A stretch of DNA of 64,000 nt from contig JALGSW010000042.1 in NCBI GenBank assembly GCA_029821635.1, positions 19,202 to 83,201 of the forward strand. Reading direction: 5' to 3'. Of this stretch, positions 9,266 through 17,828 are shown one piece after another. The stretch comes from Candidatus Zipacnadia bacterium (lineage in GTDB: Bacteria > Armatimonadota > Zipacnadia > Zipacnadales > UBA5352). The position numbers were made by a program, and so were the translations under genes. Position 1 is the first letter of the stretch, and each line of letters opens with the position of its first letter. Below the pieces are notes generated by a model. The model saw only the letters and a program-made list of their open reading frames with translations, did no database searches and was not told the origin of the DNA.

Positions 9266-9919
9266 TCAATTCAGGTCCGATCCACCATGCTGCGGGGAGG
9301 GGGCGTTCGTCGGGGCGGTCGGCTCCTCGTCCTTCGCGATGGTCGCACTCACGGCGACCTCGAGGATGTCGCCGTTGGCATCGACGCCCACGCCGACGCT
9401 GCCACCCCACCAGTGGGTGTTGACGATGCGCTCCCGGGCAGGTCCGTCCCTGTCGGTCGCCGGGCCCTCGGTGGTTTCGTCGGGCTCCCCGCACGCCTCG
9501 ATGAGCGTGGAGAGGGTGGTCACCCGGCCGGGAGTGAAGGCCGTCTCACCGTCCGGGGCGATGTCCTTGCGGTGCCAGGAGAGCGTGAAGGGATCGTAGA
9601 TGTCGAAGTAGGTCTGTAAGCGGCCTCCCTCCTGGACGATCGCCCGCATGCGATCGCCCTCCTCGCAGACGGCGGCGAGGACCTGCTTGCCGGACTCCGT
9701 GACGTCGGCGAGGCCCTCCTGGTGGACAATGGGCTCGGGAGTGTGCTCGGGCGGGGTCGGGGCATCTTCAGGGGGGATGTCCGGTGCGAGAGCCACGCCG
9801 TCCGCGGGCGGCGCGGCATCCCGCGCGCATCCCGCGCACATGAGCAGCGTTGCGGCGAGTGCCACAGCGGCTGCGAGCAGCAGAGGCGCGGCCTCACGGG
9901 TGATCCGTGCTCGGGTCAT
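9266..9919 (-). CDS. lipoprotein of unknown function (inserted between dnaA and dnaN)
   Basis: ORF 9266..9988 trimmed to MTRARITREAAPLLLAAAVALAATLLMCAGC (signal peptide + lipobox). No recognisable domain. Confidence 0.5.
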   Translation of the reverse strand: MTRARITREAAPLLLAAAVALAATLLMCAGCARDAAPPADGVALAPDIPPEDAPTPPEHTPEPIVHQEGLADVTESGKQVLAAVCEEGDRMRAIVQEGGRLQTYFDIYDPFTLSWHRKDIAPDGETAFTPGRVTTLSTLIEACGEPDETTEGPATDRDGPARERIVNTHWWGGSVGVGVDANGDILEVAVSATIAKDEEPTAPTNAPSPQHGGSDLN

Positions 9920-10085
9920 GGCATTGCGCCTCCCGACACAGCGACAGCCGTCTCCGATCGGACGCTTCGGACAGATTGCTGCCACCATAGCGTGTACATT
10001 GTATCGATGTCAACTATGGGGCGGCGGATTGGTCCATTTTCTGAGCGCCGCCAGAGGCAGTGAACGGACAACCTGTACATGCGCG

Positions 10086-10110
10086 ACGAGCCGCTCTCTG
10101 AGCGGCTCGT
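10086..10110 (-). terminator. hairpin downstream of dnaA (11-bp stem, 3-nt loop)
   Basis: acgagccgctc-tct-gagcggctcgt located 45 nt after the dnaA stop. No U-tract, so possibly a Rho-dependent pause or an RNA stability element. Confidence 0.4.
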
Positions 10111-10155
10111 TGGCGCAACACACACACTGCATGGATGAAGGAGTGATGAATACGT

Positions 10156-11613
10156 TTACTCGAAGGCGGCCTTGAGGTCATTGATGAGCCAGAGGACCTG
10201 CTGGTCCTCGTCTATGAGTTCCGCGACCTTATTGTATGAGTGCAGCACGGTAGAGTGGTCGCGGCCGCTGAAGTACTCGCCGATGCGTGCGAGGGAGTTG
10301 TCGGTGAGCTCGCGGCAGAGGTAGATCGCAACCTGCCGGGCCCACGCGATATCCGCCGAGCGCTTCTTGGAGACGATGTCGTCCTCGGATACGTCGAGTT
10401 CGCCGGCGACGAGCGCGACGATCTCGGCGACGGAGACGCGTCGCTCGCTGGTGGAGGTGGAGTAGTCGCCGATGATGTCCTCGACCAGCGCGCGGGTGAT
10501 GTGCACGTCGTTGAGCGAGGCGTAGGCACAGATCTTCAGCAGCGCGCCCTCGAGGACGCGGACGTTGAACTCGATCTTCGCGGCGACGTACTCAAGGATG
10601 TCGCGCGAGAGGGGCACGCCCTCGGCCTGGGCTTTCTTTTCGAGAATGGCCACGCGCGTCTCGACGTCCGGAACGCGCAGGTCGGCGACGATGCCCATCT
10701 CCAGGCGCGAGCGCAGACGGTCGTTCATCAGCTGCAGGTGGCGGGGCGGGCAGTCGGAGGCGATGACGACCTGACGGTTGCTCTCGTAGAGCGTGTTGAA
10801 GGTGTGGAAGAACTCCTCCTCCGACGCAGGCCCCTCGATCGCGGCGATGAACTGGATGTCATCGACCAGCAGCCAGACATCGCCCGAGCGGTAGTTGCGA
10901 CGGAAACGGTCGATGGTGTTGTCGCGCATGCACGAGATCATGTGGTTGACGAATGCCTCGGCAGAGATGCACACGACCTTCACATCGGTGCGGCTGGAGA
11001 TGATGGAGTGGCCGATCGCCTGGATCAAGTGGGTCTTGCCGAGCCCGGAGGCGGAGTGAATGAAGAGCGGGTTGTAGGCCTGGCCGGGCGACTTGGCGAC
11101 CTGGAGCGCGGCGGCGTGGGCGAAGCGATTGCAGTCCGCCACGACGAAGTTCTCGAAGGTGTACTTCGGGTTCAGCGGCGACGAGCGCAGCTCGCCGGTG
11201 GCGTCGGGGATGGGCGAGACGGGTGCAGGGCTGCGCGCCGGCTTGACCGCGAGGGCCTGCGGTGTGGGGGAGCGTTCGGCGGGCTGCGCGGGGGCCTCCT
11301 CGACCAGCCGCCGCTCGGTGGGGCTGGGAGCGGGCTCGGCCACAAGCTCCTCGGGCAGCACCTCGACGCGGATCGTGATGTCGTGCTGCGCGACCTCCGA
11401 GACGCACGCATTCATCACGCTCACATGGTGGCGCTCGAGCCAGTCCTTCGCGAACTCGTTCACGACACCCAGGTGAAGGCGATCATCGTTGAGGCCCAGG
11501 GCAGTCGCGTTGGTCAGGAAGCCGTCGTACGTGGCCGGGCTGACCTTCTCAGCAAGCAGCGGCAGGCTCGCGCGCCAGATCTGCTCCCCGGACTGCTGTG
11601 TCTCGATTGCCAT
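10156..11613 (-). CDS. dnaA: chromosomal replication initiator protein DnaA
   Basis: DnaA domains present: N-terminal, linker, AAA+ with GLGKTHL Walker A, and C-terminal DNA-binding region. The track ORF begins at a TTG (11622). First ATG (MAIETQ) at 11611-11613. Confidence 0.9.
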   Translation of the reverse strand: MAIETQQSGEQIWRASLPLLAEKVSPATYDGFLTNATALGLNDDRLHLGVVNEFAKDWLERHHVSVMNACVSEVAQHDITIRVEVLPEELVAEPAPSPTERRLVEEAPAQPAERSPTPQALAVKPARSPAPVSPIPDATGELRSSPLNPKYTFENFVVADCNRFAHAAALQVAKSPGQAYNPLFIHSASGLGKTHLIQAIGHSIISSRTDVKVVCISAEAFVNHMISCMRDNTIDRFRRNYRSGDVWLLVDDIQFIAAIEGPASEEEFFHTFNTLYESNRQVVIASDCPPRHLQLMNDRLRSRLEMGIVADLRVPDVETRVAILEKKAQAEGVPLSRDILEYVAAKIEFNVRVLEGALLKICAYASLNDVHITRALVEDIIGDYSTSTSERRVSVAEIVALVAGELDVSEDDIVSKKRSADIAWARQVAIYLCRELTDNSLARIGEYFSGRDHSTVLHSYNKVAELIDEDQQVLWLINDLKAAFE

Positions 11614-11759
11614 GGATGACAACCCGTCCTTTGCCGTGAATGTGGGCGCGCAGCGGGAACCTCGGAAGGCCCCTCCGCGGGGCGGGCGGGTGCCGCTCGT
11701 AGTGAGCGATCAGTGGTGCGATCGGTGCTGTCGATGAATGCGCGCGAAGCGCGACTGCG

Positions 11760-12110
11760 ATGAGTTTCGGTGGAAAACATCGGCCTTCGTCTGCGGCCGG
11801 CACGGCCCCAGGCCGTGTCTTTCTTGACCGGCGAGGTTTTCCACATCGTTATCCACACTTGTGGAAAACCTTCGTCACCCTCCCCACGTGGGCAGAGTAT
11901 ACCAGAACCCAAATCGCAATGCAAAGGGAATCTGGGAAATCCCCTGATTCCGTGATACATGGCTATGAGAGGCCTCTACGGGCAATATGGGACTGCGTTG
12001 GGGGCCCCGGCAGGCGGTGCAGAGGAAAAAAATCTCCTGTCCATAATGTTGAAAACCTTAACGATGGTGGAGAGACGAAACGCCCATTCTGCGACGAAAA
12101 CGTGTCAGTC
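11760..12110. other. candidate oriC / dnaA autoregulatory region (DnaA boxes + AT-richer stretch)
   Basis: 640-nt non-coding gap upstream of dnaA. It contains the box cluster, further GTGGAAAAC and TGTCCATAA variants, and locally lower GC (gaggaaaaaaatctcctgtccataatgttgaaaacc). Confidence 0.5.
11837..11868. promoter_or_regulatory. cluster of three DnaA boxes (TTTTCCACA, TTATCCACA perfect, TGTGGAAAA inverted)
   Basis: Read directly: ggTTTTCCACAtcgTTATCCACActTGTGGAAAAcc, ~225 nt upstream of dnaA. Confidence 0.7.
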
Positions 12111-12262
12111 TCGTGCTTTCCGGCGGACGCATGCTGCTGAAGGGAGCAACGAGCTCGGCCTGCCCGCCCGCTGCCGCGCGGTTTGTGGGAAGGCGGAGTG
12201 TAACCTCCGCAAAGCGCGGGGACACTTCAGAAGCTCCTGGGCCCGACGCCCGGGACCGCCCC

Positions 12263-13687
12263 TCAACGATCAGACACCAGTTGAGGGACCATATCCCGCA
12301 CCTCTTGCACACCGCGTCCCGCTTCCTTCATGATTGCGCTGATGGGCTTGTCAGTTGGCGTATCTCCCGGCAGCTTCAGTTCCTCAATCAATGTATCAGC
12401 GCTTACGCCGAATGCCTCGGACACCTGCTCGAGGGTCATTGTGCCCCGGATCTGTCCCGGTGTCAGTGCCGCCGGCTCCCCGTCGCTCCCAGTCCCGGCT
12501 TCAGGCCTGGCCGCCGGGACCTCTTCCGGTTGTGTGGACGGTGTCCCCAGGTGCTGAGCAATGACCGTCTCGATCTCCTCGACGTGGCGGCCTGCCCCGT
12601 GCATGATGCTGTTGATGGGGCGATTGGCGTCAGTGTCCTCGGGAAGACCGAGTTCAGATAGGATCTGATCAATCGGCATGCCGTAGGCTTCCGAAATCTC
12701 ACTGAAGGTCATGAAACCTCGAATGTTGTCGGCGGACAACTCCCCTCCGTATTCGACCAGTTCAGTCATGGACTCAGGCAATGACCGCCAGGTGCCCGTC
12801 GCCTTGGTTGTGGCGACTACTCCGAAGAACAGCGCCAGGGATGCCACGCCCAGCACGACCGGAGAGAAGGCGCGGCGCCCAATCTTGAACTGCAGAGCAC
12901 CCGGGACAGGACAGGCATTCACGCACTCGCCGCAGGTAATGCACTCGCCCGTGGTCACCTGCTCCATCGCCTCGACCCGAATATCCATCGGACAGACTCG
13001 GTCGCAGACATGACAGTGTACACACGACTGCTCATCACGAACAACACGAGTTGCCCCAATCCTGCTCAGAATGGCCAGAAAACCGCCCAGCGGACAAAGG
13101 TAGCGACACCACAACCTGTCCACGAAAAGGGAGCCAATGACGCTGACCAGCAGCAATGCCGCGCCGACGAGGAACTCCGAACGGATCTCCCCGAAGCCAC
13201 CTGCCAGATGCGCGTAGGTGGCCCATGGGTCATAGGGGGAGAAGACGAGGTCGGCTGTGACCCAGGTAAGGCCGATCACTACTACAAGGACCGCAGTCTT
13301 CAGCCATCGAATACTGCCATCGATGGCATTGTCATGGAGGGGCAGTCGCCACTTCGCCTTCCGCCCGATAGTCGCGGCAAACTCCTGCATCGCTCCCAGT
13401 GGGCACATCCAGCCACAGAATGCTCTGCGAAAGATCAGGGCGACCAGGACGGTACCTGTCAGCAGGATGATTGCGGACGGCTGGGTGCGCTTGATGAACT
13501 CGCCCCCTGCCAGCGTTTCGCGTAGCGTTGCGAGACCGCCGAGTGGGCAGAGAGCATGAATAGTCGGGGCCCCATCAGGTCTCTCGCCGCACTTCTGGTG
13601 TAGGAATGCGACATAGGTAATGGCTGCCCAGATCACGACAAGAGCTGAGATACGCAGAATCTTGAAGAACACGGGCTTTCTTTTCAT
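12263..13687 (-). CDS. NapH/MauN-type membrane-bound polyferredoxin (two 4Fe-4S motifs) with C-terminal tandem ~60-aa repeat
   Basis: ORF 12263..13891 trimmed to MKRKPVFFKI (ATG 13685-13687). FCGWMCPLG and WCRYLCPLG motifs between TM helices. CVHCHVCDRVCP and CITCGECVNACP ferredoxin motifs. The C-terminus carries two copies of (F/T)MT(F/L)xE(I/V)SEA(Y/F)G...LPxDT...PI(N/S)xIM. Confidence 0.7.
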   Translation of the reverse strand: MKRKPVFFKILRISALVVIWAAITYVAFLHQKCGERPDGAPTIHALCPLGGLATLRETLAGGEFIKRTQPSAIILLTGTVLVALIFRRAFCGWMCPLGAMQEFAATIGRKAKWRLPLHDNAIDGSIRWLKTAVLVVVIGLTWVTADLVFSPYDPWATYAHLAGGFGEIRSEFLVGAALLLVSVIGSLFVDRLWCRYLCPLGGFLAILSRIGATRVVRDEQSCVHCHVCDRVCPMDIRVEAMEQVTTGECITCGECVNACPVPGALQFKIGRRAFSPVVLGVASLALFFGVVATTKATGTWRSLPESMTELVEYGGELSADNIRGFMTFSEISEAYGMPIDQILSELGLPEDTDANRPINSIMHGAGRHVEEIETVIAQHLGTPSTQPEEVPAARPEAGTGSDGEPAALTPGQIRGTMTLEQVSEAFGVSADTLIEELKLPGDTPTDKPISAIMKEAGRGVQEVRDMVPQLVSDR

Positions 13688-13821
13688 TGAGAAGACTCCC
13701 CGGTCACTGCGTGTTGTCCAATGGGATCGCGAGCTATATGGACGGTATTCCACACGGCATCTGGCTCCGCCTTCAGAGGGCAGAGAGCAACAACTGCGAC
13801 GGCAACGACGACGACGACCGT

Positions 13822-13852
13822 AACAGGATTCGGCGCTGCGCGCCGACAGGAT
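13822..13852. repeat. family C element (AACAGGATTCGGCGCTGCGCGCCGACAGGAT)
   Basis: Core hairpin GGCGC-TGC-GCGCC flanked by the direct repeats ACAGGAT. Followed by gacaacggcacaggataaggc. Confidence 0.85.
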
Positions 13853-13924
13853 TGGACGACAACGGCACAGGATAAGGCACCGGCCGGGCAAGGGGGGACG
13901 GCGAAGGCGGCAAGGGCCCGCGAG

Positions 13925-15277
13925 CTACGGCCGCAGCGGGCGGCGGCGGTCGATCAGGTCCGCGCGTACGCCAAGCTGCTCCAGGTACTCAATATACGCT
14001 GCGTGCAGGCGCTGCGCCTGGTCGGGATGCTCGGCGAGTACGTCGCGCGCCTGCGCCGGGTCCTCGGAAGTGTGATACAGCTCCGGTTCGGCGAGCGCCC
14101 CCGCGTGCTGGAGCGTCCACTCGCCATCGTTGATCGCGTTGTACTGCCGCATGTCGTCGGGCGCGTCGAGCTTGCCGGAGGTGACCGCGACCTCGCGCGA
14201 CCCCGGCCCGCCCGCGAGAGCCTTCAGCACCGAGACCCCATGTGTGTCCGCGGGCGCGTCGAGGCCCATGATCTCCATCAGCGTCGGCGCGATGTCCACC
14301 GGCTGGCAGAGCGCATGGCTCACGAGCCCCTCCGGCAGATTCGGCGCGCGCATCAGCAGCGGCACCCGCGCGACCTCGTCGTAGAATTGCCAGCCCGCCT
14401 TCGGCTCGAGCACCGTGTGCTTGCCAATGTACTCGTGCTCGCCATGATACCAGCCGTGGTCGGAGGTGAACGCAACCGCCGTGTCCTCGGCCAGGCCGAG
14501 GTCCTCGAGCTTCTGCAGGAAGCGCCCGATCGCCCGGTCCATCATCGTGATCGAGCCCGCGTAGAGCGCACGGGCGTGCTGCAGCTCGGCTTCGGTGAGG
14601 TAGCCCGCGTGGTCGTAGCGCGGGTAGATCGCCTCATCGCCCTCGTAGCCGGGATCGTACATGTCCGTGTAGTGCCTCGGCGGCAGCCACGGCTCATGCA
14701 CGTCGAAGGTGTCGATGAGCAGGTAGAACTTCTCATGCGCCTGATTGCGCTCAAGCCACTCCTCGGCGGCGCGGAACGTCTTCGGCGACGGCCAGTCGGC
14801 CTCGTTGTCGCGCGCGCAGTAGTTGCGCGACCACGGCTTCACCCAGTTCTGCGCCTGCCGCAGCTTGTCCGGATCGCACGGGACCTGCCAGTCCACCGGC
14901 TCGGTGCGCCAGCGATCGGCGATGTGCCCGCGGATCCACTCGACGCCGTGGAAGCCACGATGGTAGTTCATCCCCGGCGACATGAGCTGCGCATGATCGG
15001 CGATGAACTGCGTGACGTAGCCCTGCGCGTTGAGGCGCTCCTGAAGGGCGGAGTTCCCGGCGGCGATCGGTGCCCAGCCGGTGGTGTGAAAGACGTAGTT
15101 GGAGCACATCAGGTCATGCCGCTGGGGCACCGTCGGGAACGAGCCGACGTAGCAGTGCTCGTAGGTCACGCCGGACGCGGACAGGTCGTCGAGTGCGGGC
15201 GTCTGCACCCAGCCGTTGCCGTAGCAGCCGAGATAGTCGCGGCGGAGCGTGTCACAGACGATGAGAACCAGGTTCAC
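13925..15277 (-). CDS. sulfatase-family protein (iduronate-2-sulfatase-like), cytoplasmic, non-canonical active-site motifs
   Basis: TSDHGWYHGEHEY and NLVLIVCDTLRRDYLGCYG resemble the IDS-type sulfatase signature regions. The first metal-binding Asp is Cys and no CxPxR/SxPxR motif is obvious. GTG start at 15275-15277 with GGAGG 9 nt upstream. The track ORF extends to 15505. Confidence 0.6.
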   Translation of the reverse strand: MNLVLIVCDTLRRDYLGCYGNGWVQTPALDDLSASGVTYEHCYVGSFPTVPQRHDLMCSNYVFHTTGWAPIAAGNSALQERLNAQGYVTQFIADHAQLMSPGMNYHRGFHGVEWIRGHIADRWRTEPVDWQVPCDPDKLRQAQNWVKPWSRNYCARDNEADWPSPKTFRAAEEWLERNQAHEKFYLLIDTFDVHEPWLPPRHYTDMYDPGYEGDEAIYPRYDHAGYLTEAELQHARALYAGSITMMDRAIGRFLQKLEDLGLAEDTAVAFTSDHGWYHGEHEYIGKHTVLEPKAGWQFYDEVARVPLLMRAPNLPEGLVSHALCQPVDIAPTLMEIMGLDAPADTHGVSVLKALAGGPGSREVAVTSGKLDAPDDMRQYNAINDGEWTLQHAGALAEPELYHTSEDPAQARDVLAEHPDQAQRLHAAYIEYLEQLGVRADLIDRRRPLRP

Positions 15278-15374
15278 GGTGAGTCGCCTCCGGGAGCAGC
15301 GTCGTTCGCGCTGGGGGGAGGGTTCGACGGGGCGGGCGGCGGGGCCTTCGGGGGAACGGCGCCTCTCCCCCCTC

Positions 15375-15440
15375 GTCCCGAAGGATCGCGCCGTTTGCGA
15401 TCCGAGGGAGAGGGGGGCGGGGGGGGAGAGGCCGCGTTTG
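15375..15440. repeat. family E-like nested palindrome (…CCCGAAGGATCGCG-CCGTTTG-CGATCCGAGGGAGAGGGGGG…)
   Basis: Between the divergent sulfatase-like and C45 genes. The inner loop is the reverse complement of CAAACGG. Confidence 0.6.
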
Positions 15441-15506
15441 CCGTCGCCCTGAAGTAGGGCACCGGCGCCCCCGTGGCGAACGAACTCGCCGGAGGTCGAT
15501 GCCACG

Positions 15507-16523
15507 ATGCTCTACCTGACAACCGAGGGCCCCGACCGCGAGCGAGGTGTGCAGCATGGCCGGAAGTTCGGCGTGGAGATCCGCCGCGCGCTCCAGCACG
15601 CCCGCTGGGCCGACGGCGGCTCCGCGGCCGAGCGCGAGGCCGCCCAGGCCATGTGGGCGTGGCTCAACGACCACCAGCCGTGGCTGGCACAGGAGATCAC
15701 CGGCATCGCGCAGGGGGCCGAACTGCCGCTCGACGCCGCCCGGCACCTGAGCCTCTTCTCCGCCACGCGCCAGTTCGGCGAATGCACCACGCTCGGTTTC
15801 TGCGACTCCGATCGCGGCCCAATCCTGGCGAAGACCTTCGACATCGGCGCCCAGCGCGATGTGTATCTGCTGCACCGCGTGCGGCCGACCGGAGGCTACA
15901 GCTTCCTGCGCGTGAGCTGGGCCGGGAACGTCTGGGCGCCGACGGGCATCAATGAGGCCGGGCTGGCCGTCGGAGGGTCATCAACGCCCGCGCTGCCCGA
16001 CCAGGACCCCTACGCGATGCCGTGGCACCTGACGCTCAACGCAGTCCTGCGCGAGTGCGCGACCAGCGCGGACGCGGTGGCGCTGCTGGCGTCGATGGAC
16101 CTCGCGGGCAAGGGGCATAACTACGCGATCATGGACGAGCAGGGCGACGGGGCGCTCGTGCAGAAGTGCGGCGACCGGCAGGCGGTCGTCACACCCGAAT
16201 GCGACGTGATCTGCGGCACGAACCACTACACGACGCCGGAGTTCGAGGACATCCCCGCGCCGACGGGTGACGCAGGGCACAGCTCCCTCGCGCGGCTGGC
16301 GTGGATGCGCGAGACCTTCATCGAGAGCAGCGACCGCCCGCGGCCGACGCTGCAGGGCCTGATCGACGCAGTGCGCCACGACGAGGGCGACGGGCGGCTC
16401 TGCCGCAAGGGGTTCCTCGGCGGGCACACACACTACGCGATGGTCTACGTGTGCCGCGAGCGGACGATGCTGGTGAGCGACGGCTACCCGTGCGAGACGG
16501 AGTTCGTGCCGCATACGGTGTGA
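15507..16523 (+). CDS. peptidase C45 / acyl-CoA:6-aminopenicillanic-acid acyltransferase-like Ntn hydrolase
   Basis: G-C-T-T autoprocessing site (QFGECTTLGF) and overall similarity to the IAT/C45 family. GGAGG upstream. Confidence 0.7.
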   Translation: MLYLTTEGPDRERGVQHGRKFGVEIRRALQHARWADGGSAAEREAAQAMWAWLNDHQPWLAQEITGIAQGAELPLDAARHLSLFSATRQFGECTTLGFCDSDRGPILAKTFDIGAQRDVYLLHRVRPTGGYSFLRVSWAGNVWAPTGINEAGLAVGGSSTPALPDQDPYAMPWHLTLNAVLRECATSADAVALLASMDLAGKGHNYAIMDEQGDGALVQKCGDRQAVVTPECDVICGTNHYTTPEFEDIPAPTGDAGHSSLARLAWMRETFIESSDRPRPTLQGLIDAVRHDEGDGRLCRKGFLGGHTHYAMVYVCRERTMLVSDGYPCETEFVPHTV

Positions 16524-16548
16524 CGCCAACGGCGGCGACGACGATCGG

Positions 16549-16600
16549 AACAGGATTCGGCGCTGCGCGCCGACAGGATGGCGCTGCGCGCCAGCAGGAA
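16549..16600. repeat. family C element plus a truncated second copy
   Basis: aacaggattcggcgctgcgcgccgacaggatggcgctgcgcgccagcaggaa. Confidence 0.85.
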
Positions 16601-16699
16601 ACTGCACAGGCTACGGCGACGGCAGGGATCGGGGGCGGGGGGAGAGGCCCGTGCGCACAGGACTGATCAAGGCGCCCGCCGAATCGAGAGAGTGAGACT

Positions 16700-17149
16700 A
16701 TGACCATCACGATTGAGCTTGTCATCGAACCCGAGGGCGAGGGGCTGGAGCTGCCCGCCTACGCCACGGAGGGCTCCGCTGGCATGGACCTGCGCGCGGC
16801 CATCGACGAGGATGTCGCCGTCGCCCCCGGCGGGCGCGCGCTCATCAGCGCCGGCTTCAGCATGGCGGTGCCGCACGGTTACGAAGCGCAGGTGCGGCCG
16901 CGCAGCGGCCTGGCGCTGCGGCACGGCGTGACCGTGCTGAACTCCCCGGGGACGATCGATAGCGACTACCGCGGCACCGTCGGCGTGATCCTCGTGAACC
17001 TTGGCGACGAGCCGTTCGTAGTACGACGTGGCGAACGCATCGCGCAGATGATCGTCGCAGCCGTGACGCGCGCAGAGCTGCGGCCGGTCGATGAGCTGCA
17101 CGAGAGCGCGCGCGGCGACGGCGGCTTCGGCCACACCGGCCGGAGCTGA
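16700..17149 (+). CDS. dut: dUTP diphosphatase
   Basis: 149 aa with dUTPase motifs ([16 protein letters not shown]). Confidence 0.9.
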   Translation: MTITIELVIEPEGEGLELPAYATEGSAGMDLRAAIDEDVAVAPGGRALISAGFSMAVPHGYEAQVRPRSGLALRHGVTVLNSPGTIDSDYRGTVGVILVNLGDEPFVVRRGERIAQMIVAAVTRAELRPVDELHESARGDGGFGHTGRS

Positions 17150-17160
17150 CGGACCATGGC

Positions 17161-17766
17161 ATGAGAGGTGGGGTTGGTTTGACCACGAGGACGCGCACAC
17201 TGATGCTCACGATCGCGGCGCTTGCGGCGCTGGGCGCTTTCGCGCTTGCAGGCTGCCGGGATGAGGGCACCGGGAACTCGACGGCAGAGCCGCCGGAAGA
17301 GGTCGAGGCGCCTCCGGAGATCGCGGAGATTGAGCCTGCGAAGGCCGCGCCGGAGTTCACCGTGGCGCTGGTGGCCGGGGGCGATGCGAGCCTGAGCGAC
17401 TACGAGGGCAAGATCCTCGTGCTGGACTTCTGGGCGACTTGGTGCGTGGGCTGCGTGGCGGAGTTCCCCAGGTACCAGGAGCTCTACGCGAACTCGGACA
17501 GGGAGAAGGTGGCCTATCTCGGCATGTCGCTCGATGGCGACGCGTCCACGGTCGAGGCCTTCCTGAAGAGTCGGCCGGAGATTACGCTGCCGATGGCGAT
17601 CGCGCCGGAGGCTGTGGTGGACTCGTTTCTGGCGAAGCGCACGCTGCCATCGTCGCGCGTGATCGACGGGAGCGGGATGGTGCGCTACGAGTTCAGCGGC
17701 CCCGGCTCGGCGAAGGTCAAGGAGGCCGTGCGGCGGTTGCTGGAGGAAGACGAGAGTGCGGGATAG
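17161..17766 (+). CDS. TlpA/ResA-like thiol:disulfide oxidoreductase lipoprotein
   Basis: Signal peptide + lipobox LAGC. Thioredoxin motif WATWCVGC. Confidence 0.8.
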   Translation: MRGGVGLTTRTRTLMLTIAALAALGAFALAGCRDEGTGNSTAEPPEEVEAPPEIAEIEPAKAAPEFTVALVAGGDASLSDYEGKILVLDFWATWCVGCVAEFPRYQELYANSDREKVAYLGMSLDGDASTVEAFLKSRPEITLPMAIAPEAVVDSFLAKRTLPSSRVIDGSGMVRYEFSGPGSAKVKEAVRRLLEEDESAG

Positions 17767-17828
17767 CGCGGGGACGGTCTCGCCGCCGCTGAAGGCCCCC
17801 GGGCGGCTCGCGGCGAAGACGCGCCGGC

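Noticed and set aside
8832-9599. Small ORFs (8832-9047, 8921-9223, 9027-9599) in the dnaN upstream region
   Set aside because: No RBS or motif support. The region is better explained as non-coding, with DnaA-box-like repeats and the dnaN promoter.
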